DNA of 64,000 nucleotides from Antechinus flavipes (Eukaryota): the NCBI RefSeq assembly GCF_016432865.1, contig NC_067398.1, positions 376,960,001 through 377,024,000 on the forward strand, written 5' to 3'. Position numbers and translations under genes: made by a program. How positions within the stretch are numbered: position 1 is the stretch's first letter; each line of letters starts with the position of its first letter. Below, one piece after another: positions 13,622 through 27,150 of this stretch. The notes beneath the pieces are model-generated. The model saw nothing but the letters and a program-made list of their open reading frames with translations, searched no databases and had not been told where the DNA came from.

Positions 13622-14030
13622 TTGTTGTTATTGTAGTTTGTCCTTCATCCTCAAAGGGGATCATGATATCAAGAAAGTGATGTCATGACATGTAATTGAA
13701 TTGGACTTAAGTGAGAGAGGGCTGTGCAAGGTCACCAGCCTCACTTTCTCCTCCAGAGCCATCAGTGTCCAGTGGCTAGTAGATCAGGATGACTGGAGAT
13801 GGCCCTGGAAGCATTGGGAAATGTAGGCCTTTTTAAGTTAAGATCTTTAACAGGTCTCAGTTTGACTGAGGCAATGCCCATTCAGTGATAAGGTTAGGAA
13901 AGAATTGAAGCAAAGAATGACCTCTTTTACTTGGTCAAAAAAAAAATCCAATCTTAGGAGAAGAATACCCTCAATGTTTCTGGCCAAGACAGAAAAATTA
14001 CTATTCATATTCACTCTGGCTCAAAATGAA
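13622..14030. mobile_element. Marsupial RTE-related SINE-like repeat; shorter copies at about 34720-34900 and 39433-39478
   Basis: The same text (gtttgtccttcat..., cactttctcctccagagccatc..., gactggagatggccctgga) recurs within the window. Family assignment is from recall. Confidence 0.65.
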
Positions 14031-14859
14031 TGACTAAGTAAAAATCATTTATTAAGCACTTACCACAAATGCCAAGCACTGTGCTAAGCTTGGAGTGGGA
14101 GAATAAGAGAGGGAGGTTACAAATATAAAAGTAAAAATATTTCTATCTTCAAGGAGTTTACAGTTCTATGGAGACAACATACATAAAGGGACAAAACACA
14201 CATAGACTAATAGTATTTTAATTGGAAAATTGTAGGAATGGCTTAGAGGAGTAGATTGACAGACCCTTTCCAGTAACAATGACAATATTGATTTGGTTAT
14301 GGTTCCAAAATTGGAAAGGGAATAGAGTGTGTGTACACTGACCAATAGAGAAACTGATAAAAAAAAAAAAAGGGTATAAGGTAGGGCAAAGCCTGTCCAG
14401 AAAGAGAGGGCATTGACCTCAGGTTTAGGGACAAGAGACTGTCAAGGAAAGAAAAGAAGTAAATAAGAGATAAAAAAACATTGTGGAGGAAGACTTAATA
14501 GGATTTGGCACCTAATTGTATGTAAGGGGCAAAGGAGAGGAAAGAGTTAAGAATTACAAAGTTTCAAGCCTGGGTAACTGAAAGGAAAGAAGGAATAAGT
14601 GTCTATCAAATGCCTACTCTGTGCCAAACTCTGTTCCAAGTGCTTCACAAATATTCTCATTTGATCCATAAAGATAGGTGCTCTTCTTATAATACCCATT
14701 TTGTGATTGAGGAAACTGAGGCAGACAGAGCTTAAGTGACTTTCTCAGGGTCACACAGCTAGTTAGGTAGATGAGGCCAAATTTGAACTCAAGGTTTCCT
14801 GACTCTAGCCCTAGTTCTCTATCCACTGTATCACCTAGCTATCATGAGTTAAGTGGTAC

Positions 14860-15200
14860 AGGGAATAAAGTGCTATCTGGGCAGATGATAGTGCTCCTAT
14901 ACAAATAGGAAATTTGAAAAGGGGGCAAGTTGATGTGAAAAGATGATATTCATTTTAAGGTATTCTAGGAGAGATCTAAGAGGATAGAAGCAGTAGACAA
15001 TGATGCAAAACTGAAGTTCTTGAAAGATATTGTAGATGGATATATAGATTTGGGAGCCATCAACGTAGAGGTGATAATTAAAGTCATGGAAATAGATGAG
15101 ATCATCAAAGAGATGAGATGAGAGAAAAAGAAGGAAGAAGCCTGAGGACATAGGCTTGATGAACACCAACATTTGGGGGGGTCAAAAAAAGAATGAGGAA
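14860..15200 (-). mobile_element. L2 LINE RT fragment
   Basis: ORF 14897-15172 contains DDLIYFHDFNYHLYVDGSQIY, resembling L2 GDLISSHGFNYHLYADDSQIY. Confidence 0.85.
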
Positions 15201-15331
15201 CCAGCAAAAATAACTGAAAAGTATTCATATTTTTATAGTATATGGAGTATATACGTGTGTGCACAGACACATATGTCACATATATATAAATATATATACC
15301 ATGTATCATATATAGAATACATATGCTACAT

Positions 15332-15345
15332 ATGTGTGTGTGTAT

Positions 15346-15377
<32 letters not shown>

Positions 15378-15387
15378 ATACACACAT
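15332..15387. repeat. Compound (TG)n-TA-(CA)n microsatellite
   Basis: Direct reading. Confidence 0.9.
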
Positions 15388-17319
15388 CCCATACATGCAG
15401 TATAAAGAATTAAACTAATGACATAAACAAGAACAGCCCACCCCACCTCACCCCCAAACTCTGAAAAATTTGGGGGGAAATGAGTATGTTAATACTGTTT
15501 ATGCCTGTGGGTTGAGTGTGTGAGGAAAGAAGAATTATTTTTTTTGGGTTCTGTGTGTGTCTACTAAGAGGGAGTGCCTGAAAACTTGCTAATTTCTAAC
15601 ACTCAATGAGTTAGCAAGTTACCAGCTAGAGGAGTGGGGTTAAGCGGAGGGGTTTCCAAAGCAATGCTTTTCCAGAGAGTCATCAACCCAGGAGCTGCAT
15701 GAACAGAAGCAGAAACAGGTAGGTGGGGGTGGGGAGAAGGGGGTGGCCAAGCAGGGTGACCGCCTCATCTAGATAGTAAGGAACTTGGAATACAAGAAAA
15801 CAATTGCAGTGACCTTCAGAGTAGGAGATATCTTTATGCTCCTGCCTGCTGGAAAAAGTCATCAATTAAACATGCATATACAAAAGTTTCTTGGCTGAGG
15901 GGGAAAGTGAATGTGTGTGAAGACCACCTCTCTACTTCTGGTAAACTTGGTTTATCAGAAAGGTTGTTATCAGAAAAGCTTTGGGTGGGAAAGAAAAAGA
16001 TTCAGAGGGAGTGAAAGGGGTGCACTGGAGAGAAAATGAAGGAGAAAACCCAGTGCAAGTGGGATTCTCTGGGACAGGGTGATTCTAGACATTCTGAAGA
16101 AGAAACTTCTTAAAACCCTCAAGAGGATTCACAGGCACCGGTACGTGGGTGGAATCCTGTGACCTCACTCCCAAAGAAGAGATGTATCCCTGTAATTGAT
16201 GATCCCCGCAGAAGGGCACACAGGTATGTAAACCTGACGCGCTCCTCAGGATGTGTGCTATCTTCCTAGACTATGTATGCGTGGGGTGGTGGAGAGGATT
16301 CCCCATTGCTGTCCACTTCTGTTGATGTACATGGGAATAAATGATATCATCACACACGTACAAAAAAAGAATAAAACAAATTTGAACTGCATCTCTTTGA
16401 AGTTTTGATTAGCAAATGAAAAGTCTGGGGGACATGGCAAAATGGAGGATGACCTGGAGAGGGCAAATATCTTATGGTGTAGTGGAAAGACCGCTAGAGC
16501 TGGAGTTACAAGACACGGGTTCAAGTCCTTGACCTGCCACGTGCTGAGTGGCCTTGGGCAATTCAATTCCTGTCTCTGGGCTTCAACTTCCTCATCTGTC
16601 AAATGAGGGGGTTGAACTAGATAATCTCTAAGGTCCCTTCCAGTTCTAAGATTCTGTGACTCATCTCTTCTTTCATTTGAAGGTCATGACTATGGACGTG
16701 AAAGGAGGACGAGGGAAGTAAATAGCTGGCTATATAGATGGTGTCAAAGAACAGGATTTGTTTTTCTGGATCATTGCCATGGAAACCAGAAAGGTGAGCT
16801 CCTGGCAATAACAATAATAATTAATAATCATAGTAATAATAATAATAATAGCTCACATTTATAGTGTTTGAAGGTTTGCAAAGCACTTTCCTCCCCACAG
16901 CAAATATGATTGTCCCTATTTTACAGATGAGGAAACTGACTCAAAAAGGGTAACTGATTTGCTCAGGGTCACACAGCTAATAAGATCAGAGATGGGACTC
17001 AACTCCAGGACTCCTAACTCTGAAAGCAATGTTCTTTCTATTACACCATGCTGCCTGTCTGGTAAGAGGCAGAGAACACCACAGGAGGACTGGAGAGAAT
17101 GTGGCTGGTGCACAGCTCCAAGACCTACCAAACATTGAGCAGAAATTTGAGTGGGAGGGAGAAAAAAGGTCCAGACAAAACTGTAAAACTGGATATTATG
17201 CAGAAGAACATGTGTGACATAGAAAGAAACAGCATAGCAAAGGTGGTACTCAGCACTCCTTGGAGTAATGTAACAAAGAAGCTAGTTTGGAAATAATGTT
17301 CATGTTTTAAGGTGTATAT

Positions 17320-20300
17320 TTACCAAGGCACAGAGTGTGGGTTACAAAGTCAATAAATTTTAACATAACATGGTAAGTATGTATTCATGAGACTTGGTGT
17401 ATGAAATATGGCAATGGAAGAATGGGAACAGATGCCTCATTCAAAAAGCTACAGATTTGATTGTAGCCAAGATGGGTGGAAGTGGCGCTGCATCTCAAGA
17501 GGGCATGAAAATCCATCAATCTAACACAGGGAGTGTGGTTAGAGAACTGGGATAGGGATAAAAAGAGAAGTAAAGGAGAAAGGATGTTATAGTGGGTATG
17601 TACTACAGACCACCAAACCAAATAGAGACAATTGAAGATACTTTCCTATAAAGAGAGAATCCCCTGGTATGGAAACTTCCTCCACTGAATAGGTCAGCAA
17701 CTTCTCTGTCATTTTTAATTGCCTTATTTAATCGAGTGGTTCTAACTTGCCAGAATCAAACAGTATGTTTCAATGGCAAGACTTGAACAAAAGTCTTATT
17801 GCCTACAAGGCCAACTCTTTTGCTACAATGCCAGGCTGACTTTTTTCCAACATAGATTATAAATCTAGTACAGAGGCAGCCACATTAGTGGTGGGGATTT
17901 AACTCTCCTGACATCTGTCAGAAAAGCCATTAGTGATATGGAAGTCATGGAAACTTGTGGAGATTGGGACCATGCCATTTTAGAAATCATAAGAGCTAAG
18001 AATGGAAAAACACATACCAGCCATAATCATACACATTTCCTAAATTTTAGGGAAATGGCTTTCAACAATAAAATGTAAACTTCTTCAGGGCCAGAATCCG
18101 GTTTTCTTTTTGAATCCCTGGGGACCAGCATAATAATTGACACTTTGGGGGGACTGGATTTCCATTTTCACCAATATAAGGAATTCTGAGTAAAAAAATC
18201 CCTATGTGAAGGCAGTCGGCACCTACTCTGCCATTATAGTGTTGGAGATAGTCTTGGGCCCTAAGAAGCTAAGTTACTCACCCAAGTTCACACAGCTAGT
18301 ATGAGGCAGAAGTAGAGCTCAAATGCAGGTCATCTTCAGGACTCTGGAGCCAGCCCCAATCTTTTAGGTTGTGCTGCCTCTCATCTGTAATAGAGTAAGT
18401 CCTTAATAAATATTTGTTGAATGAAAACGGAATAATCAAGTTCAGAAGCAAGATAGATAGAGATTTATGACCAGAAACTCTATAAGGGAAATGGGATCAG
18501 TTCAATTTGAGTCGTAGAATCATAAATAGATATCAAGGTAGAAGGAGTGCAAAAGATATTAAGTGCCTTCCATGTTTATGACCACAAAAATTAAGGTTTA
18601 TAATCCTTGCTCTCCAGGACTTTACATTCTAAAATACGTAACTGAAAAATTATTCCACAAATGTTATAGCTGGACTTTTCAAACATTTTCCCATGATGAC
18701 AAGGGAAAATCTCATGCAATCACAATATTGGATATGTAGTCCTGGTTGTATTTGACTTGCCTTGTCATCATACCCTAGCTTTTCATGGTAAATAGACTAA
18801 ATTTTTGGGTTCAGGGGCAGACAATAAGCCTCTTCTTCTTCCTCCCTTTCCTGCAGAAAATAACACAATTATACCTCCAGTATGCCTTTTCCCAGATCAG
18901 TGCATTGACTATGATACAAAAGATGACACATAAAGAAATCTTTGAGAGACTAAGAAAATATAGTGGGGCTCTTCCTGAGTCCTAGAAATTTACTTGAAAC
19001 TGATCCCCTCTCTGCTAATACCCAGATCAGTTCAAGAATAATAGGATCAGCCTTACAAGCTAAAAACTCACCCCATACAATAATAGTGGGACTAATTACT
19101 AGTTAAACTAATAATTTCACTTGTACCCCTAGCTATTGTGCTACCATGCAAGACTGAGATAATTGTATAGAATATGTCAAACAGAAAGACACTTGCAGGG
19201 CCTTTGGTGGCACCTGACCTGACCTCACCTCAAAGGCAAAGAAAAATTCCAATTTCCAAAGTGATGGAAAGAATTCATTCCCAGAATGGGTGACAACCTG
19301 TCAAAAGCATGGAGGCAAGAGAGTACATCATTAAGTTAGGAGAATAGTTAGCAGTGTAGTTGAGCCGGAATATTGAATGTATGAAGAAGAGAGTGAAATG
19401 AGGCCCAAAAGGAATGGGAGACTCTAAAAGAAAAGGGAGAAGCATCTGATGAAGGTTATATAGCTGTACAGGGAGTCTTAGATGAACTCATATTTTTAAA
19501 AAGACAAACATAAAAAATGAAAGAAAAGTTATATTACTAAGGAAAGAATGCAAAAGAGTGATACAAACATATAAAAAGAATCAGGCAGCCCAGAATGAGT
19601 TGATACCTGTGGAAACAGGATAAGGAAACTAAAACAGGCACATATATACATACATGCAAATACATACATTTTTACTTATATACAGAATAAATTGATGAGC
19701 AAGGGAAGGCCCACAATTACACGCAAATGGTGTAATGCTAATCAATGATAAAACAGAAGAAATTACTTGACTTTTCTTCCATCTTCTTGATCAGGAAGAT
19801 GGATGTTCAAATTAGAAACAGTCAAATATCCTTGAAAGAGATTGGAAGCCCAAGATAAATGAAAAGGGAATACCTAATTACTTTAAATATTAAACTACCA
19901 AGACCCAAGCAAATTATTACCCTTGGAGCTGAATCAAAAGGAGTGATGGTGAAGTGGACAAACCTGGAGATTTTAGATTCTGTTGTTGGCTCTGCCACTA
20001 ACTTGCTATAGGATTTGAAGCAAGTTGTTTAATCTTTCTATGTCCTAGTTACTTCATATGTAAAATGAAGAGGCTGAACAAGGCAACTTCTCATATTCTT
20101 TCCAGCTCTAATATACCAGGAACAGGCAGATATGAACAAAGAGCCATTGTAGATCATTGTGAAATTGAAAAAAATAACAAAAACAAACAAACAACAACAA
20201 CAACAAAAAAAAAAAAACAAGAATGAGACCCATAATGGTCCAAAGGAAAGGAAACAATGCTAAACACTACAAACTACAAGCCAGTCAACTAGATTTCAGT

Positions 20301-20870
20301 CCTACAAAATTCTAGAACAAGTAATTAAACAGACGATTTGTGAACAATCTGAAAGAGAAAACAGTGATCACTAGGAACCAGGACATGTTCACTAAGAGGA
20401 AGGCATTTCAAAGTAACATCATTAAAAAAAAAAAAAAAAGATTATTAGGTTGATAAATCAGAGGGTTGCCATAGATAGACTTTATCTGGAATTGACAAAG
20501 AATTTTGTAATATCTTTGTGGACAAGATAAATAGATGTGGGGTCCAATTTAGGTAGGTTCTCAGCTGGTTGAATTAAACCCAAAGAGTGAAAATGAATGT
20601 ATCACTATCAACCCAGAGAGAATTCTATAACAGCAATACCACAGGACCGTGTCCTTATCCCTGTCCTCTTCAACATTCCTATCAATGCCTTGAATAAAGA
20701 CAGAAAACATGCTTATCGAATTTGCAGAAGACATGAAGTTAAGAGGAATGGCTAATATGATAGACAAAAGGATCAAGATTCAAAATGTTCTCAACAGGGC
20801 AAAACACTGGTCTGAAACCAACATAATGAAATTTAAGAGGGATAAATTCAGAAAGCTGCACATAGGCGCT
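17320..20870 (+). mobile_element. Fragmented L3/CR1 LINE ORF2 relic (endonuclease to RT), interrupted by SINEs
   Basis: VIVGMYYRPPNQ (CR1 endonuclease motif) at 17586-17621. RT remnant MLIEFAEDMKLRGMAN...KIQNVLNRAKHWSETNIMKFKRDKFRKLHIG in the ORF from 20709 resembles the CR1 FADDTKLGG...DLDRLEHW...KFNRDKCKVLHLG region. Boundaries approximate. Confidence 0.8.
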
Positions 20871-23431
20871 GCATGGGTGAAAAACAGCTTTTATAATCAC
20901 AACTTACAATCTTTGCCTCTCCTGATCCTAAATTTCCACCTATCTAACAGCCCTCAGGTCATCCAGTAGTTCTAGGCACTGAATCAGAGATGGCTGTTGT
21001 CACTCCCATGTCTAATTATGATGGGGACCCCTGATTCTTCTTCTCTTGGTCTAAAAAGGGATTTTTATCCTACTTAAGTCAGCCAAGATGAAATTGAGTG
21101 CTTTTTTTTATTATTAAAAAGGTGTTTCTTTATTATTAAAGAGAAAAAATAGATCATATTAATTACATAAGCAAATAATCCATATGTCTTATCCTAAAAT
21201 CACTAAAAATGGGTTTGGTTTATGTGATACTTGTTCCTGTCCTTATTCCTCTCTTCTATTACCCAAGGAATCCTGAGTGAGAAAACCTCTCTGTAACCCA
21301 AAGATTTTTCTACTGCAATTCAGGCCAGCCTGCACCAATGTCCTAGTAATCTTGACTTTTCTGAAATTCCTAAAAGTTCTTGATTCTGGAAATCTTGTGT
21401 TTTCCCCAACCCTCTCTGACATTGTGAAGATAAGTGTTTACATGGCCTTGTTGAACCTCTGTCATTTCTGAAATCTATCTGAATTATGTCCTTACAAATG
21501 ATTCTTTTCTCTAATTGCCAAAATGAGGTTGCTTTCTCTTCCAATTTCAAAATATCATCTTGGATGTCCTATTAAATTCCCTTTTCCTGATCAAGCAACA
21601 GATAATTAATGCATTTGTAGTGTAGAGATGTTTGGCAAAACTAAGCTCAAGAACCACTCATCTCTATTCCATTCCAAATTATCAACTCCACCTATTTCTC
21701 TAAATTCTTATTGATGACTTATGACTTTCATGTCCCCCAGGGTAGCAGTCTTCTAGAATTCTACCATTACAATTATGTCATAAAAAATACTCACACATAG
21801 TAATACATGGGTGTTAGCATTACAGTAGTAAGAATAAGTAATAATAGATAAGGGATTTTTTTCAATATACAAATGCATCAATATGCGTATTCCTCCCTAT
21901 TGATACAGATCATTCCCCTCTCTGCTTACCCATCCTGTGTGACTCTCATCTATGTCCTCCCTAGGGTTGCCACAGGAGGTCTACCCAATTTGTTAGGACC
22001 TTTCACACTTGCCAAATAGCAAGCTCATATACATTTTTTATTTTATATTTCCATAGTGATGTCTTTTGCACTATTTTCCTCATGTACATATTTATGTTTT
22101 CATACATACATGCATATATGTATGTATGTATAATGTACACACATACTCAATATGTGCTGTCTTCAGTTGGTGTATCTCTGCTTGGAATTTTTTTTTCTGA
22201 TTTTTTAAAAATTTTGCTGAAAAATGTTTGCTGACTAAGGAAGTTCTCCCTTGTCTGTCACTTATTTACATAAGTTAAACTTCAATCTAATATTATTATA
22301 ATCAGTATCCATTTTTTCTTTTTATTAGTATTGATAGCTTATTTAAATGTCATATGGAGTTATTTTTAATTGAAATACATATCTTCTCATGATTATTCTG
22401 TTTTATGATTTGGTTTCAATTTTGATCTTTGCTCTAAGTCTATGGCCTGATTGTACACACACAGCTCATTCAGGGAAAAGTCCCATATCAATAACAAGTC
22501 ATTTCCAATCCATTAGAGAATATAATCAATTTCATTTTTTGTGATATTATCTAGCACTCCCTATGTCCAGAATTATCTGATTCTCTTCTCAAAGAAAGTA
22601 TTAAAGATTTATGTGGATGAAATTTCTATATAATCTCTAAGTCTAGTCCCTCTCATTCTTTACTCCTGAACATTTTCATATATATTTTGTCATATATACA
22701 CAGATACAGAAATACACATATATACATGTCTGTGTACATGTATGTATGTGTGTATATACATAACAGCCACATATTGACTGTATTACTTTAATAAGTCACT
22801 TAACCATTCAATGATCTAGGACAAATTGCAGAAAACATATGGATCTTAATTAGTTAAAGAAATTTTCTTATCAGGAATTTCCCCATATCAGTTTTAGTCC
22901 CTCTCCCTATGTTTTACTTACCTTTCAAATGCTTTCTTTATATTATAATCACAGAGTATTTGTCCATAGAACTTCTTTGCATCGTCATCCTTTGAGGGGG
23001 AAAAATGTTGATGATTAAGCTGTAATTACTTGCATGGTAGTCTTTCTGCAAATATCTGTTATAAGCAATGCAGATTGAGGCTGAATATAAGGGAAGATGT
23101 CCCAATAATTGGAGTTGTTCCAAAATGTACTAAACTGTCTCAGGAGGCAGTGGCAAAAGATAGATGTTTACTTAGGGATTTGTTGTGGGAACTATTCCTT
23201 TTCAGAGTTGTATTGGGATAGATAGGCTCTGAGGTTCCAACTCTAAGATTCTATGATTCTGAGCATTTGGCAGCAATTCATGTAGGGAAAAAACAAAAAC
23301 AAAAAATCTCAGGGTTTTAGTGAACCATAAGCAATTATAAGCTCTACAAGGGCAAAGCCTATATGCAGTAGGTACCTAATAAGTATATGCCATTATTTTT
23401 TGCTTGTAAATTGATAGCAACCAGCAGTTTA

Positions 23432-23728
23432 NNNNNNNNNNNNNNNNNNNNNNNNNNNNNNNNNNNNNNNNNNNNNNNNNNNNNNNNNNNNNNNNNNNNN
23501 NNNNNNNNNNNNNNNNNNNNNNNNNNNNNNNNNNNNNNNNNNNNNNNNNNNNNNNNNNNNNNNNNNNNNNNNNNNNNNNNNNNNNNNNNNNNNNNNNNNN
23601 NNNNNNNNNNNNNNNNNNNNNNNNNNNNNNNNNNNNNNNNNNNNNNNNNNNNNNNNNNNNNNNNNNNNNNNNNNNNNNNNNNNNNNNNNNNNNNNNNNNN
23701 NNNNNNNNNNNNNNNNNNNNNNNNNNNN
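23432..23728. other. Assembly gap (others at 24211-24406, 40939-41353, 46201-46335, 57609-57839, 60079-60247)
   Basis: Runs of N; several border GA/CT-rich low-complexity sequence. Confidence 1.
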
Positions 23729-23729
23729 T

Positions 23730-24200
23730 GAAAGAAAGTAATGTAATGCAATCTTGGGCTGTATCAGTAGAAGCAAGTGTCCTGAGACAATAACGGTCAA
23801 AGAAAGAAGACAAGAAAAATGGTAGTTGACAGTTCTTTAATGATACCAAGGCAGATATTTATTAACCTAATAGAAGGAACTGAAATATCTGCTATCTTCA
23901 TGGAGGCATACATTTTGCACCTGGTGAAGAGCCTCTGAAGAATACTCAAAATTAATGACTACTCCTCAATTCTTATAATTCATTTGGGAGGAAAAACTAT
24001 TGCCAGAAGGGACATAGAAATTATTGGGAAGCATTATGAGGTCCTGAACAAAAAATGAAAACTTTGAGTAATCCAGGTGGTGTTTTTATCACAACTTCCA
24101 AATGAAGCTAGATGATTCATAAGAAAAAGGCAGATTTGGGAAATCAATGACTTGTGGTAAGAAGGTGGTATCTGAGAATAGAATTTGGATTTTTGTGTCC
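23730..24200 (+). mobile_element. L3/CR1 3' fragment
   Basis: aatgcaatcttgggctgtatcagtagaagc resembles the CR1 ANAILGCI region; boundaries approximate and flanked by gaps. Confidence 0.55.
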
Positions 24201-24429
24201 CAACTCAAAANNNNNNNNNNNNNNNNNNNNNNNNNNNNNNNNNNNNNNNNNNNNNNNNNNNNNNNNNNNNNNNNNNNNNNNNNNNNNNNNNNNNNNNNNN
24301 NNNNNNNNNNNNNNNNNNNNNNNNNNNNNNNNNNNNNNNNNNNNNNNNNNNNNNNNNNNNNNNNNNNNNNNNNNNNNNNNNNNNNNNNNNNNNNNNNNNN
24401 NNNNNNTGAAACAGAACCTCTTCCAGTGA

Positions 24430-27150
24430 AACTAGATCTGGTTCCTTGTTAAAGAATATGCATTACCAGAATATGTATTACAGAGGCTTTTAGTTCATCC
24501 CTCAGTTCCCCATGATGAGGGGGTAGGGGGAGGAAGAGGAAAAGGAAGATGAATACTGTACCAAAGATGATTGATTGACATACAAGCTAGGAAGAGTTGC
24601 CTCCCTCCTATTTTCAGAACCAAGGAACCAAATGTTGAGAGTACCAAGGGACCAAGCAAGCATTCCAATCCAAAGATCTGCTACACATATATTTGCATAG
24701 TCTTGCAAATCTAATCATGGGAGCTTTAAATTTAAAAGGAAGGAGGAAAGAGAAAATTGATACAGATTTGATAAGCCAAGAATAAGAGGTACAACATAGA
24801 AGAAAGAATGGCAGAACACAAGTAATTTGTGGAAGTTAAAATCCAAGAAGAAAGCCAGCAACAAATCCCATAGCAACAGATATCTATACAAATGCACAAA
24901 AAGATAAGTAATAAATATGACTCAAATGTGGAGAGGAAAGGGGAACTGCTTAAAGAGATCAACATAGATGCACATGGAATTTAGCAAATACCCTCAGATT
25001 TTTAAAAGACATAGAAAAAAGGAAAGATCAAGTAACTGATGATGAACACAAATGAATAGTCTTGTCCTGTAAGCAGGATAAAAATGTTATTAATTATATG
25101 AGTAATATTAATAAATATATTATATATTACATGATATAATTAATAAACAAAATAAATTTAGGCCATCGATGGATGTTAAGTATAGCCATACATAGCAGGG
25201 AGGTGGTTAAAGAAATGTTGAAGAAAAAAGGAAGATGGTAAAAGACATAGAACCATTGAATAGAAGACAATAATGAATAGCACAAAGAAGGCTAAACTAC
25301 TTAAGTCTTATTTTGAATGTGTTTTCTCTTTTAAATGAATGACCTTTGAACTTTGAAAAAGAAAAAATGGTTAGCAGATAGCAAAAACCAAGGATAAATG
25401 ACTGGACACCAAACTTTTCCTCCATGAACTTAAATCAATAGTTCTTGTAGCTGAAGAGACTAAAAAAAATTGGAAATGTTATGGCTGAGCTGCTGGCAGT
25501 GATCTTTGGAGAACTGGACAGTTACTAGGAAAAAATACTCATTCAATTGTCAAAAACAAAAAATAGGAAAACAGTGGTGTCTGCAGATAATAGATCATGA
25601 TCTTAACTGTCTATTCCTGGAAAAAATCTAGGACCCATTATTAAGAGGATAATTTGTCAAAATTGGGAAGTAGTTTAAGGGAATGGTATCAACATAATAG
25701 ACTTTGATAAAGACCTCTTGCGCTCTTCTTGTATATAGTCTGTAGAGATAGATAGTAACTAAATAGTAGACTCTGTAAAGATAGAACAGTTGGGTACATT
25801 TAGAAAAGATGAAATAAAAGTAGTCATTAATGAGTCCATGCCAATTTAACACTTTAAAAAAGTCTTGCTTTTTTCCTTGCTTCCAGGAATTCTGGTTGGT
25901 TTAAGCTGCATTTTTTTCTTTCAAGCTTTGCTTGCTGATTTTTTTTTTTTAATCATTCTTTTCTGGGTTTGTGTCTTAAGCTTCCCTATCACTATAACCA
26001 CTCTTTATACTGGCTTCTTCTTGTTTTCTCATTTTTCTAGCCTCCCTGACTTTGGATTTTACATGGGTTCTGGACTTTGGGCATTTCTGGAAGAAATGGC
26101 TGGCCTGAGCTTGTGTCCTTTTACATCCTTGTGCTGCTTTCACAGTTCAGACTGGGGCCAAGGTGGGGATAGCTATAAACTTTCAAGGCTCCTCACATGA
26201 TTTGATCTGAAGTGAGGTCTGTTCACTGCCCTCCAGGTATGAGCTCTGGAAGTTGGGAGTTTAGTAGATTGTTGCTGGATTCAGCTGCTGTTAGCCTGCT
26301 AGGAGGTGTTGCAAGTTCAGAGTGCCTAAACTGCAGACTCCCCTTTAGTTTGGGACTCTTGTCCCAGTTATTCTACTGCTGGCTACCTGTCTGGATTGGA
26401 AGTTAGAATTCAGGTCCCCTCTGAGCAGAGGTACACAGCTACTGTTTGCTTCTTTCCTCTATATAGCTAGAGCTCTCTAGGGACCACTATTCTTTCCCCT
26501 ATCCTCTAGTCGAACTTATAACTTGGTAGTGAGATACAGAGCTGCCAGATGACACTAATTCCTTCACCTGTTCTAGTTGAGAGATTCCCCTGTCATCTCC
26601 TTCTCTTCTGGTGGTTCTTGCCCTAGTGTCCAGTCTTGGTTCTTTTAGTTCCTGGGCTCTGAAATGCCCCCAGCATATGGTCAGACCCCATCCCAAGTGT
26701 CAACAGACCTCCCTATCACCCTAAGCTGCCCTGGGCTGAAAAAAATGATTCAATGTGATTCTTCTTGGATTTCCCAATCAGAATCCATTCCAACACATTC
26801 CAACTTGACTATATTTCTTCCTCCTATTCAGCCATTTTGACTCTGCCCTTCCTGTGTCAATTTAGAAGGATATCTCTAGTGTACGACCTCAGAAATCTGT
26901 CCTTGACCTTGAGCAATAGTACAGGATTTTAAAAAATCAATAACTTAGAATAAAGGTATGCATATCAGATTTATAGATGATATCAAGCTTGGAGGGACAA
27001 CTAACATATTGATAGGAAAAAAATACAGATCCAAAAAGATTTTGCCACAGTAGAGCAAAGAAGCAAATCCAGTAAGTAGAAATTTAAAATATATTAATAT
27101 AAAGTTTTACAACTGAGCAACTTCACAAATATAGAATTCTATGATTTTAA
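24430..27150 (+). mobile_element. Second L3/CR1 relic, split by an L1 fragment at 25850-26849
   Basis: Degenerate CR1 RT sequence (gagctgctggcagtgatctttgg...; cagatttatagatgatatcaagcttggaggg) continues on both sides of the L1 piece. Confidence 0.7.
25850..26849 (-). mobile_element. Marsupial L1/HAL1-like 5' end (5'UTR plus start of ORF1)
   Basis: Right end cagccattttgactctgccc matches the antisense of the marsupial L1 5' terminus as I recall it. The left part is T-rich antisense, ORF1-like sequence. Confidence 0.55.

Noticed and set aside
15583-15620. 10-bp inverted repeat aacttgctaa/ttagcaagtt
   Set aside because: Several such stems are expected by chance in 64 kb; too short for a miRNA precursor.
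18990-19150. Possible NUMT or L1 endonuclease fragment (PHTIIVG)
   Set aside because: No sustained frame or mitochondrial motif; too short to call.
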